Source: Eledone cirrhosa (Eukaryota). Taken from it: DNA of 64,000 nt. Position 1 is the stretch's first letter. The number at the start of each line of letters is the position of its first letter. The stretch covers positions 63,302,001-63,366,000 of the forward strand of contig OZ024747.1 in NCBI GenBank assembly GCA_964016885.1. The letters are read 5' to 3'. Positions 1-11,571 of this stretch are shown here, piece after piece. A program made the position numbers and the translations under genes. Below the pieces are notes generated by a model. That model saw only the letters and a program-made list of their open reading frames with translations, was not told the origin of the DNA and did no database searches.

Positions 1-1381
1 GGGAATGTAAACGTTAAAATGACAATGATGAGGATATATATATATATTAGAAAAATGGTTCTCCGAGACCCAGGTCACATCTATTCATTTGCAATTCCAG
101 ATTTTCCCAATTCCACCTGTTTTTGAATTGTTATTGAATAATCTTTCATTCAAGCAACATATTAACAAGAACAAGCTTCTGAAGCCCTAATAATTATATA
201 GTTTCAAACTTGATTAAATTTGAAGTGAAGCAGCAGGTTTCTGTGAAAGTTTAATCCATAATCACCATATAGTTGGATATATTGATATTTCATTCGATAT
301 ATATAAAATGAATAGTATTTGTTCCCAGTTGGGTTAAACGTCCTCCATAGGGATTTGAAATTCCTTCTCTGGGAGCCAAGTGCCTGCCATTTTGAGAATT
401 GTTGTATTAGATACTCATAGCTTTTCTGCTAATTCTATTCGAATATTTAAAACTTTATTTATTGTCTTGTAGCTTAAAAATAGTATAATCAATATGTATT
501 CTCCATTTATTATTAATATACATTCTTCTGTTACTTTGAACACTAATATCTAGATCTTATACATATATATATGTATATGTCTATATATATATATATATGC
601 ATACATATACACAAACACATACACACACACACAAACACACACATACACACACACACACATATATATATATACTTACATACTTCATTTTTTGCATTAATGT
701 CACAAAAGCAGTTATTTATTTCTAGAATTGCTATTATTTATTCAGCTCTACCTTTCATCATTCCCTTACTTATGTAATACCAACTTTAAAAGAATACATC
801 TCGGATATTTTCAGACAAGTTCTCTTTGGCTTTTAGGGAAGTATTTTGGCCTCAGCACAAATATATTTCAGTTATGGATACTTGAACTTTTCTTGTTTTT
901 ATATTTATTTGGAGGGGATGCCAGCCTCTTAGTGTCTAAATACATACAAACTTTCTTCAAAATAATCCTCTTATATTCATGTCTACTTTCTTCCTTTATT
1001 CAGCTTCTACACATTAACCATGTCATATCATGAAGCTACAATGATCTATGTTAAAACAGAATACATTCTCTGTAAGACAATGTGAAATAGTGTTCAAGTA
1101 GCTAAATTTAGTGTGATACAAGTTATTTCTACAAGCTATGAAATATGTTTACATAGCTCTAGCAATGTAAATACTTAGCTTTGCAGAACAATTTATATTT
1201 TTGGAACTATTTCTGGTACAAATAGTTTCAAAATAAATATGAGTTTAATAAGAAGCATTCGTACTGATTAATGCCTTGACTATAGACATCTCTATTCAGC
1301 TCCAAATGTCCTGTACCACCTGAGATAGCAAAATATTTTTGAAAAGTATAAATCAGCCCTATGACTGTATTACATTAAACA

Positions 1382-1688
1382 TTAACCCTTTAGTTACCAA
1401 TTTGGCTAAAACTGGCTCTGGTTCTATGGAATAACAACGACCCATTTTAAATCAAAATCTTCCAACATAACTTTATATTATAACCTTGGTGGATCCGCTG
1501 GAAGGAATGTTTGAGGAGTCTTCCCTCATTATCCTCTCAGGAATAAGTGGGTGAAGAAGAAGAATCTTACATTAACTTACTATCTTAGTAATGAAAAAAT
1601 TAATAATTTTAGTAAATCCCTCAAAATTCTTCATTAATTAATTAAAACAGAGTGCATTTTAGGAGAAATGCTGTCTTGAAAGGGTTAA
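1382..1688. mobile_element. piggyBac-like MITE (family 2), carrying an inserted RTE 3'-end fragment at about 1490-1565
   Basis: TTAA-CCCTTT ... AAAGGG-TTAA ends; the internal segment matches the RTE tails at 7475-7545 and 19285-19380. Confidence 0.6.
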
Positions 1689-1940
1689 TGTCCTTTCTAA
1701 TATTACAAATTTTCACAACGATTTAGATGGTAAAGATAATCTAAACATTTTAATTTACAATCCTGTTTGTTAGACACTTTCTGCTATTATTAAATCATGT
1801 TAAGAGTTATGACTACAGCTGGAAATATACTTTATGTTGTATAATCAGAGCCAACGTTATTGCTTTGGCCATAAACTAGGCTGCTATCACCCACAATTCA
1901 GAAGAGAAGATGTTTACATCTTTTAACTACCAAACTACAT

Positions 1941-2173
1941 TTAACCCTTTAGTATTTAAACCGACCATATCTGGCCAGAATTCTCTCACTTCTTTCTGCT
2001 TAAACAGGCCATAACTGGCCACTCATACTGACGTTAAGGTATTGTTCTTAAAATAAATAACATCAGAATCTCATAGATTTAATATTATGTGAGATAATTA
2101 TATAAGATCAAACCTTTACCACAAAAATACTATCATAGATATATATACAGTAAGGTAAATGCTAAAAGGTTAA
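1941..2173 (+). mobile_element. piggyBac-like MITE family 1 (~220 bp)
   Basis: TTAA TSD, TIR CCCTTTAG(C/T)ATTTA; six related copies in the window. Confidence 0.8.
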
Positions 2174-3868
2174 GTACTCCTGGTTCTGTGATATTAAAAT
2201 GATTATATATATATATATAATTTTACTAAACATTTGTAGATATTTTAGTTAATTTTAAATTCTTTGCCTTTCATTGTTTTGAGATCCATATTTAAAGTAC
2301 CAATGTAGGGAAGTTAGAATGGAAGGATTGTTAAAGAGTTGAATGTAATGCTTTGTGATGTCTGGTCCTGCTTTATGCATTCCAAGTTCAGATCCTTTCT
2401 CCTGCCAGGAGTTGCAACAGCAGCATTTGAAATATCAAAGGAAACGTTTCCATCAATGTATGATGGTTGGCTATAATCCTTTTTCATTTTTTAAATGCTG
2501 GAAATGGTATATAAAGACTTTTGGATCTCCTATGTGATTTATCGTTATTCCTTATGGTATATATATATATATTATGATGTGACAATTTTCATAGCTCAAA
2601 CAACAAATAGTTGTTGTTTTTGTTACTGTTGTCTTTATATTGTTGCTGAGCAATAGTTTGTAATGAAATTTTATTGTGTTTAAAATCCTGTGTTTTAGCT
2701 TAGCCATAAAATGGTTACTCTCAATAGCAGAAACCATTTAATATTGATTCTATTTCCCGTGTTTATTACATTAACAATTCTGCATATTTTATATTATTTT
2801 TCTGCCCATCTATACCAACTCCTTAACAACTGTTTCATGGAAAAAAAAATATAAATTTTTCTTTCTGTGACTTTTGCTGTTTCCCCTCAGACATTTTACA
2901 TTTTATTTTATTTCAATCTTTTCATTTATTTTGCACTTTCATCTATATCTCATCATCTAACTGTAACTCTTTCTTTTACACACACACACACACATACCTA
3001 TTCAGTTGTTCACACAGACACTTACACAAACACATTTTCTCTTCTCTTCCCATCATTGTCTCTCACATGTACAAACACTCTCACCGTATTTTATGCTCTC
3101 TCTCTCCCCAACACACATACAACTATTTTGTCTGCTCCTTATCCTTTTATTAAAAGGATTTTTCTTTAAATTCTGTTATTTTTTTCATGCTTTTACATAT
3201 AATTTGTCATGTTGTTAGTTGATGTAAAACGATGTTGCCATTACACTATTTTCTCATCTTTTCCTCACTAATTTCCTCTCCTTTTCATTACATTATATTT
3301 CCATTCTTTCCTTCTTCCTTTCTATTGTATCATGACGTGTTTAAAGCTTATAATATTCCTTGATTTTTCGTTGTCATTTTACTCTGACACATTCCATAAC
3401 AACATCAATATACATCTGTCCTCTGCTGCAATAAATTGTCGTATTTTTAGATATTTCTTCACCATCCATCTGTTCATCCCTATAATAAATTTTCTTTTTC
3501 ATAGATATTTCTTCCTGTGATTTGTAGAGTTTTAGATATGTTTTGTGCTTTTTTTACCTTTTTTTTTTTTTTAAAATACATTTCCAGTTTAATTTTTCTG
3601 TAACCTACTAAACAGAATGATTTCAAATAAACCACCGTTTTATGGTGAAATAAAATAGGATTTTTATCTGGAATCTGAAACATTCTAAAGATCTATCTCA
3701 AATATATCCCAATGACTTAAAGATGGTAAAAAAGAAATGTGAGAGAAATTTAAGAGCTATTTGTAAGATTGTATAAAAGATTGTATTTCTTAAGCTTGGT
3801 TTAATAATATTGGCTACACATATATTTGTGCTTGGTGCAATTCAGATGTGCTTGGAAAACTACTACTT

Positions 3869-3902
<34 letters not shown>

Positions 3903-4430
3903 CGCCACCACCACCACCACCTCTACTACTTCTAATAATAATTAACATGATAGAATCCTACCTCCATGGTTTCTTTGGAATAATCCTTTCTTTACAATAT
4001 CGAAAATGATGATATTTTGAGTGAAAACATACGGTTAAGACACCGTTTACACAGTAAAAATATATTTTGTGACACGCAAAAACAATTTGTGGAGCTGCGA
4101 TATGTTTATCATTTATATTATTCAAATATTTTCAGAAAGCAGAAACTTCATGACCAAAGGTTTAAGGTGCTTAAAATATTGTCTCACAGGAGTTTTATCC
4201 CATTTTCTAAAGCAATATCTTATATTATTAGTCCAGGATTATAACACTGTTTGCATCTCTCTCTTTCCCAACTATAATAGAATAATCTTGGCAAAGAATA
4301 AAGAGCCAAGATTGCCTATAATAATTTTGTTTTTTCTTTCTTTTCAAAAGTTTTAACTTTGATAACTCAACCAAAAGTGTGATAGACTTCTTTAAAACTG
4401 TCTGATAGATATACAAGAAGAAATTGCAGG

Positions 4431-4463
<33 letters not shown>

Positions 4464-4464
<1 letters not shown>

Positions 4465-4663
4465 TAACCCTTTAGCATTTACATTACTCTATATTTGCTA
4501 TTGTATTTTCACAGTAAAGGCATTATCTCACATAATATCAAATCTATGAGATGTTGATATTATTTATGTTGAGAACAACACCTTAGTATGAGCAGCCAGT
4601 TTGAACAAAAAGAGGTGAGAGAATTCTGGCCATATATGCCTGGTTTAAATGTTAAAGGGGTAA
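4464..4663 (-). mobile_element. piggyBac-like MITE family 1, nested in a LINE/SINE (CAT)n tail
   Basis: Reverse copy of 1941-2173; splits (CAT)n 4431-4463 from TGTCCATTTTCCATGCTAG at 4664. Confidence 0.75.
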
Positions 4664-4910
4664 TGTCCATTTTCCATGCTAGGATAGCTAGAACTGGCTA
4701 TCCCTTAGTGAGACAAATGGCTGGAGTACCATGTTTCACTCACACTGCTGATTTTGGCTTGGTTTCTACTGCTGAATGCCCTTCCTAATGCCAACCACAT
4801 TTACAGTGTGTGCTGGGTCCTTTTTGTCATGTCACCTATACAAACATTTTACAGTGTGGACTGGGCACTTTTGGTCATGACTCCTACACGACCACTTTAC
4901 AGTGGCTATG
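4664..4910 (-). mobile_element. Degenerate RTE 3'UTR-type tail element
   Basis: Shares GCCCTTCCTAA..CCAACC..TTTACAGTG..TGCTGGG motifs with 53766-54020. Confidence 0.6.
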
Positions 4911-5661
4911 TTAAGAAATGCATTTCACAACCACGTGTTTTCAAGATCACTCCTACTACCACAAGAAGTTGACTACTACTGAAGCCTCAAGTTGACTAAT
5001 ATCTTTAATTGAAATGTGTTAGACAAAAACTAGAGAAGTACATGATATTAAAATTAGGAAGACTATACTGTGGGAAGTTTGCAACATATTGGTTATGCAA
5101 TGAAAATGGAGAAATTTTGCTATTTTAAAAATATATTTTCCAATTTCATAAATTTGCTCATTAAATATTATTTTTTTAATTGAGTAAGCTAACAGATAAA
5201 CACTTTTGAATACCTTTAACTAAACATGTAATTAGAATATTTATAATTTTTAAATTAATTAATTTTTTTGAAGATTAATTAAACACATATGCTCCCAGGT
5301 GGATAGAAGTCTCCTCTCCCTTATAATGTAATACCCTTTAACCAACAAGGAGTTACCACCCCCAAGCAGTTCTCAGAAATTCCCAGTTGTGTAGAGCAGT
5401 GTTCAGGCACTAGGAACAGAGTTTTTTACACTGATGGAATTAAATAGGGCATCTTAGATAATATTGTTTCTTTTGTATTTCTATATGTTAAATCAAATAT
5501 GTTTTCCAAAATTTTCTCTCACCTATAGTTTTCTTGCCCCAAAATAATAATGACTGATTATCAAAACTGATTGCTCATCAAACTGGTAGATCTAACCAAT
5601 ACCAGTTATATATTGAGCAACTCTAATATATGCATATATATGTATGTATGTATGTATATTG

Positions 5662-5960
5662 TGTCAGGTCATTCTTCAGCGCTACTGGTAACATGTAACC
5701 CAGTTCAACCTGAGCATGGTCAGGTCGTTGGTGGCTAAACCAGCAACCCCACCAAGCTTGCTTGATGAGGAGGGTGATTTTGGACACCCTGCGGGATGAA
5801 AAACAAAACCCGTCAAAGGGCAGAGGAACTCAGGAGAGTCAATGGCCATCCAATAAAGTTTTTTTATTTTTTATTTCTTTTTTTGTGGGGCGAGAGACTC
5901 CTAGTCTTCATTATGACATCTCTCTAGGAGAAGGTTACTATGATATAAAACCTGTGGCTT
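5662..5960 (+). mobile_element. RTE 5'UTR-like element fragment
   Basis: Homologous to 56325-56525 and 51770-51989 (GCAACCCCACCAAG...GAGGAGGGTGA...AAAACAAAACC.GTCAAAGGG; CTAGGAGAAGG). The RTE 5'UTR assignment is from recalled motif similarity. Confidence 0.5.
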
Positions 5961-7273
5961 GGTTTGCATCCAGTGATCTAGATCAGTTCTTCTTTTTGGG
6001 TAAAGGAATGTTCAGAAAGTGGGATTGGTTCCATACAAAGCTTTTCCTCACTTAAAAAGTTTCAAGCACAGACATTGCTTGATATGTGACATTTTTTGGT
6101 GATGCATGACATTGCTGGCCATAGGCAAGTCCCTAGCAGAACTAAAAAGGCATGTCTGTGATGTTCATGCTTAAGTATCAAGCGATGGCATTACTCAAAA
6201 TTGAGTTGCAGCCATCATGCATGTACATACATGTCCATTTCTGTGCCTGTATTTATGTTCCATATGTTAGTGGTTCGTTGACAAAAGTGATTGATAGAAT
6301 ATGTACCAGACTTGAAAACATAAGTCCTGGGGGTGACGTAATAATCTAAATTAAAACGATACCCCAGCATGATTGCAGCCTAATGACTGAAACCTATGAA
6401 AAATTAAAGTACAGTAATCCAGAACATAAATAGATACACTCAACACAACTTTTTTTTCACAAAACCTATTAATAATGGTAAACACAGCTATTACAATGTT
6501 AATTAGAAAAACATCATCTTGTTTATTAATTGTAAAGAAAAATATACTTTTTTATAAATCAAAGGAAATTTTCTAATGCTTTAATATTTTCTACCTGAGA
6601 AATATAGTTTTATTATGAGTTTGTAGTTTGTTTCTTAATGTATATAGGACAAATAATTTGATAAATGTTGGCCTAAAGCAGTGTAGTTTAAGGCTAAATC
6701 TATTATATATTTAATTGTGTTTGTATTCATTCTGAGTAAAATTTCTACAATGATTCACTTTCATCCCTCCACGATTGATAAAAAAACTACTCACATCATA
6801 TTGGAGTCTGATTCAATCAACTATCCTCATTGTCGAGAAAATTGACTTATCTTAGCAACTAATACAAATAATATATTTCATAAGTCTCCTTTTATGACTA
6901 CTTTCCATGCTGGCATGTGTTGGATTTAGTTACTGTTTTAGTTACAGTTCTTATTTAGTTACTGCTCTCTTAGACTGGTCAGAGGACAGCATCTCATTCA
7001 TATGTTCCATTCATGGCATGGAACATACCAATAGATAATAAAATTAAACTGTTTACAGAGTTTACTTGGGTGCATTTTATTATGGCACTGGAAGAGTTGT
7101 CATGATTTCAACAATAATAAAGTGTGTACAGTCATCTGAGTCCAAATCCCACTTCCTTCTGCTGGAAGATGTGACCAGAAGCTTGCATCAGCAATGGAAT
7201 GACCAACAGAAACATTTTTCCTTATTCCAATCTGGCATTTCACTCCTTATCTTTACGCGCACATGCACGCGCG

Positions 7274-7276
<3 letters not shown>

Positions 7277-7355
<79 letters not shown>

Positions 7356-7367
7356 CTCTCTCTCTCT
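7277..7367. repeat. (CA)n-(CT)n microsatellite
   Basis: Direct reading. Confidence 0.95.
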
Positions 7368-7638
7368 TCATTTTATTTAACAGTTACAACATATTCTACA
7401 TTGATAGTATTAAATCTTAACATCATATAACAATTTAGCAGTAAATATCTAAAAACAGATACAATAGCTTCTGATAGGACCTGCTGGAAGGAGTGTTTGA
7501 GGTATTTGCCCTCATGACACTCAGAAATAAATGAGTGAAGAAGAAGGGGGTTATTAATTGAATTGTTTATAGCATCTTTACTAGTGGACAGATCATTAAA
7601 AAATGTTGTAGTATTAGAATATATAATTGTTAATATAT

Positions 7639-8020
7639 AATTGTTTCTATTTTTGGTACAAGGACAGCAATTATCCGAGTGCATTACTGGTGCTTTATCC
7701 ACCCCATAAGGATGAGAGGCAAAGTTAACATCGGTGGGATTTGAAATCAGAACGGCCATAACTCTATGCTGCAAAGCATGGTGTCTGATGCTCTACCGAT
7801 TCTGCCAATCCACTGCCTTCTTAATATATAATTGTTTCTACTTATTTGGCACAAGGCCAGCAATTACCCAGTACATTACAGATACTTTATTTTATCGACC
7901 CCGTAAGGATGAAAGACAAAGTTAACCTCGGCGGGATTTGAACTCAGAATGGCAAGGGCCGTAACTCTATATGTCAAAGCATGGCGTCCAACCCTCTGCC
8001 TGTACTGCCAATCCACTGCC
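7639..8020 (-). mobile_element. Head-to-tail dimer of tRNA-derived SINE family A (7639-7817, 7830-8020)
   Basis: Reverse complement of the 57257-57446 consensus: A box TGGCAGNANCGG, B box GAGTTCAAATCC, central GCCTTTCATCCTTACGGGGTCGATAAAA. Confidence 0.85.
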
Positions 8021-8490
8021 TTCTTAATATATAATGTAATGTGGCCATAATCCTGTTTGTACTTCTCAGGAATGCCTAGTTAATGCAATTTCATGTGGTA
8101 CAGGACGTTAAGAATAAATTTGTCTTATTTACAAACTACATACATTTTACCATTTCTTAATCAGTCATCATAAAATAATATTTAGTGAAGATGATGACTT
8201 ATTTAATTTGGGAAAAAATTCAATAGATGATTGTTTTCCAAATAATTAATAAATGAATGAGTCTGATCAATTGAATAATGGGGAGAAAATGAAAGCAAAG
8301 GCTAATTAATTGGAAAAATTTTAATTAAAATTTATCCAATTAAGAAAAAAGTTTAAACACACTTTACCAAAGGGAGTCAATTAGATATCTTTCTCATTAT
8401 CTGATTGAACATTTTCTAAACACTCACATATACATATATACATACATACACATATAGATATATACATACATACATATATACATGTTTATA

Positions 8491-8664
8491 TACAGGTAAA
8501 ATTCCGTTATAACGGATACCATTATAACAACATTTTTTTCATTCCCCGAGGTAATAACTAACAAACGCTTGATTCTTTTCAGTTGATCTTGTTACAATGT
8601 ATTTTTTGTCACAATGAATTTTTATTATACCCCGTGGATTTTGTAATAACAGAATTTCAATGTA
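8491..8664. mobile_element. Tc1/pogo (Tigger-like) MITE
   Basis: TA-CAG(G)TAAAATTCCGTTATAAC ... GTAATAACAGAATTTCAATG-TA imperfect TIRs, TA TSD. Confidence 0.65.
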
Positions 8665-8859
8665 TATATATAAGGTGGAAAGGAGAGTAGACAGGAAAAG
8701 AGAGAACTTATTCAAAAAGTCTTTGTCTATATCATTAATTCAAACAATCGACTACTATAATAATAATAATAATAATGTATGTATATGTATATATTTATCT
8801 ACATATGTATGAATTTAGAGATCAATCTCATCCTAGAAGTGTCATTTTAGCCTTTCAAA

Positions 8860-9025
8860 ATTACACAAAAGCTGTTGAATTCACATTTATCTGTAATTTC
8901 CTTGTACCAATATTTTGCTTTAGTCTTTGTGACCTGGTCTCTGACAAAGTTCCACATCTAGTTACACAATAGAATATTTTGTCACCAGGAAATAAATGTA
9001 AAGTGAATTTAACATTTTTTGTATT
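8860..9025. repeat. Old imperfect palindrome next to a (TA)n/(TG)n tract, with a decayed hammerhead-like motif at 8933-8989 (+)
   Basis: GAATTCACATTTAT / ATAAATGT..GTGAATT arms; CCTGGT..CTGACAA...GAAT..GTC-ACCAGG followed by AATAAA. Confidence 0.35.
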
Positions 9026-9038
9026 TTTTAATATATAA

Positions 9039-9109
<71 letters not shown>

Positions 9110-9523
9110 CCATCCCATGCACATGTGGGAAAGTGGATATAAATTTATGATTACATATATATATATATGTATGTATATATGCTTGTTCCACAAAAACAAA
9201 ATGCCTCAAGTATTTCCTGTAAAGTGGTTGGCATTAGGAAGGACCTGGTCATTCAACTGTCATAACTCTTCCATCACATGCCAGTATGGAAAGCAGATGT
9301 AAAATGGGATGACGATGATGATGATTTTTTTGCATTTTGTGCCATCATTCTGAGAAACCTTAAGGAATTTGAGTCATTAACCACAAGGAATGATTTATAA
9401 ACATTTTCAAAATTTTAATATTGATTCTTCAAATTATTCTGCCTGAAATTATAAAGTTGAATTTGTTTTAAATTTGTCAGTTAATAGTACATTTATATTT
9501 AAACATATTTTTTTCTTTTTCAG

Positions 9524-9553
9524 ATGAAAAGAAAGACCACCAGGAAAGAATTG
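9524..9553 (+). CDS. Candidate 30-nt micro-exon (xDEKKDHQERI)
   Basis: Strong polypyrimidine acceptor TTTTTTCTTTTTCAG, purine-rich open 30 nt, GTAATA donor; no partner exon identified. Confidence 0.25.
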
Positions 9554-9914
9554 GTAATAGAAAAATACATTTTTATTGATTCTTATATAAATTTCAAGAT
9601 ATTAGTTTTAGTGTTTGTAGAAAAAATTATATACTTGAAAAAATTTTTCCTACTAACACTGGTGATGTGTCAAAAAAAAAAAAGAAAATTTTAAAATATG
9701 TTTAAAAAAAGCCTAGAAAACCATTCCTTATTTTGTAGAATTCATATTATAATTTCTATTTTTTCTATGTGACTTTTCAGTCAAGATAAATTTAAAGATT
9801 TAAAATGAATAATATTAATTATATGAGTATATTACATTGGCAAAAATTAACAGTTACAAAGAGTTTACTTTGCTAAAACTATATATATATATATATAAAT
9901 ATATATATATTTTC

Positions 9915-10220
9915 TATACTTTGGGAGGGTCATGCTGTCAAGAAAAACACACACATACATAATAGTTTTCACTTCAATTTATTAAATTTCCAGTTGTTTG
10001 GTTGAATAACCATATGGTTGTTTGTTTATTATCAAAGCTGTCACACATTCTGTGACCCCTCAGCCACTAATTTGTTATTTTGTGTCTCTCCTTTGTTCTG
10101 TCCTACACTCTCTTGTGTTTGTGTTTTATGACACCAGCCAACTGGAAATTTGTAATAAATCGAAGTGAAAACCAACAGGTGCATGTGTTTTTATTGGCAG
10201 TAGGGCCCTCCCATAGTATA
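9915..10220. repeat. Inverted repeat element (arms 9915-9996 and 10139-10220) next to (TA)n; family relatives at 43017-43135, 45578-45720, 48611-48706
   Basis: TATACTTTGGGAGGGTCATGCTGTCAA...GTTTTCACTTC..TTTCCAGTTG mirrored on the opposite strand. Confidence 0.7.
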
Positions 10221-10442
10221 ACAATATTTTATATAATGTGGAAAGTAATATAAGGCTAAACAATGCAAAATGGACGATAAGATGAAGGTAATCATTGTTT
10301 TGTTTTGTTGCTGTTATTTATTTTACCCTGTTTCAACAGATAAGAAATCTTGCAAAACAAATACAATATATATATATATGTCCCAAGGTTCTGATACCAT
10401 CAACACCATAAACACAGAGCTGGCATATTTAAGAACTGACTA

Positions 10443-10498
10443 ACTGCCTGATGAGGTCATAGCCATTCAATGGCTATCATCGAAATATATATAGCAGT
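10443..10498 (+). ncRNA. Type I minimal hammerhead ribozyme motif with intact core
   Basis: Stem I ACUGC/GCAGU; CUGAUGA 10448-10454; stem II GGUC-AUAGCCAU/AUGGCUAU-CAUC; GAAA 10482-10485; palindromic stem III AUAUAUAU; AUA site, predicted cut after 10493; AATAAA follows; insert 10379-10543 lies between (TA)n tracts. Confidence 0.85.
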
Positions 10499-10939
10499 AA
10501 ATAAAGGATTATGAGTTCATGCAATTGACTTAGGTTTCGTCACTATATATATATATACCATAAGCACCACTTCTTTCAGGGTTGTGTTATTGTTCTTACT
10601 GTTAGGTCTTGCTGCAGCTTTAGACAAAGCAGCAAACATCTCCCAGAATGGTCGATCTGCTATAGTTTTTTTTCCACATCTGTCTAACTGGTTCCTGTGT
10701 GTCAGGGGTGTTCCAGAAATGTTCAGAACTAGGTGTTTTTGAGCTTTTTCTTTCTCTATTTTACCTTCTCCAGTGTCAATGATATTGCAGTCTTTGCATG
10801 TTGAGTGGTTGACAGGTGTAAAATGTGATACACCAAACAAATCTGATACAGCACCACTGTGTTTTATAGCAGCTCAAATTTTCATCTGTGATGTAGCCAT
10901 CCCAAATTTTGTTCAACTACACTGAAAAAGTGTAGATAG

Positions 10940-11200
10940 AATTGGCAAATCCAAGAAATGCCCCAGGCAGTAGAAACTCTAGAACTGCCCCAGGCAGTAC
11001 AAACTCTGGAACCGATCCAGACAGTACAAGCCCTACAACTGATCCAGGCAGTACAAACCCTAGTACTGCCCCAGGCAGTAGAAACCCTAGAACTGATCCA
11101 GGCTGGACACTCTTTAGAGCTGACTTAGTTTGTGCAAACTCTAAAACTTACTTAGACAATACAAATATAAGAACTGCTCCATGCAGTGCAAAAACTAGAG
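10940..11200. repeat. 30-bp minisatellite (~8 degenerate units, CCAGGCAGTA(G/C)AAAC(T/C)CTAGAACTG..)
   Basis: 30-bp periodicity, giving the 10-aa repeat ORF 10942-11211. Confidence 0.85.
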
Positions 11201-11571
11201 CTCATTGTTGAAGTGCTTTCATTTTCAAAAGCTTTTCATATTTATTAGCTAATTAACAATTTTCATTATGTCTATTGATTTCTTATTTTCATTGTTCCTG
11301 AAAACCTGATTAAATATATGGCACTCACATGAAAGTAAATAATTAACTTTAAATAGCAATGTTTTCTATACTTTGTCTTTTGTAAATATTTTAATGTTTC
11401 TAGAAATTAGTAAGATGTCCTATTTACAACTTTCACTCGAAGAATTATTTTCTTCAGATCTTTAAATAATTATTGTGGTTGGTGAAAAAAGAACGGAATA
11501 TTAGAACTCTGGCAAAATGTCTTACTGTGTTTAGTTACCTCCTCCTTGTTACATGGTTCAAGTATTATATA

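Noticed and set aside
2409-2457. Possible + strand exon after CCTTTCTCCTGCCAG
   Set aside because: Weak donor, two open frames, no recognisable product
5662-5750. HDV-like or twister ribozyme at the head of the RTE 5'UTR-like element (GGCTAA followed by ACCAG pairing with CTGGT)
   Set aside because: Other copies support a simple stem-loop (CAACCTG/CAGGTCG), which leaves no room for P3/P1.1. I could not build the nested double pseudoknot by eye. A descriptor search on the consensus would settle it.
10942-11211. 10-aa repeat protein (PGSTNPRTD)
   Set aside because: Translation of a degenerate 30-bp minisatellite with a non-ATG start and no splice support
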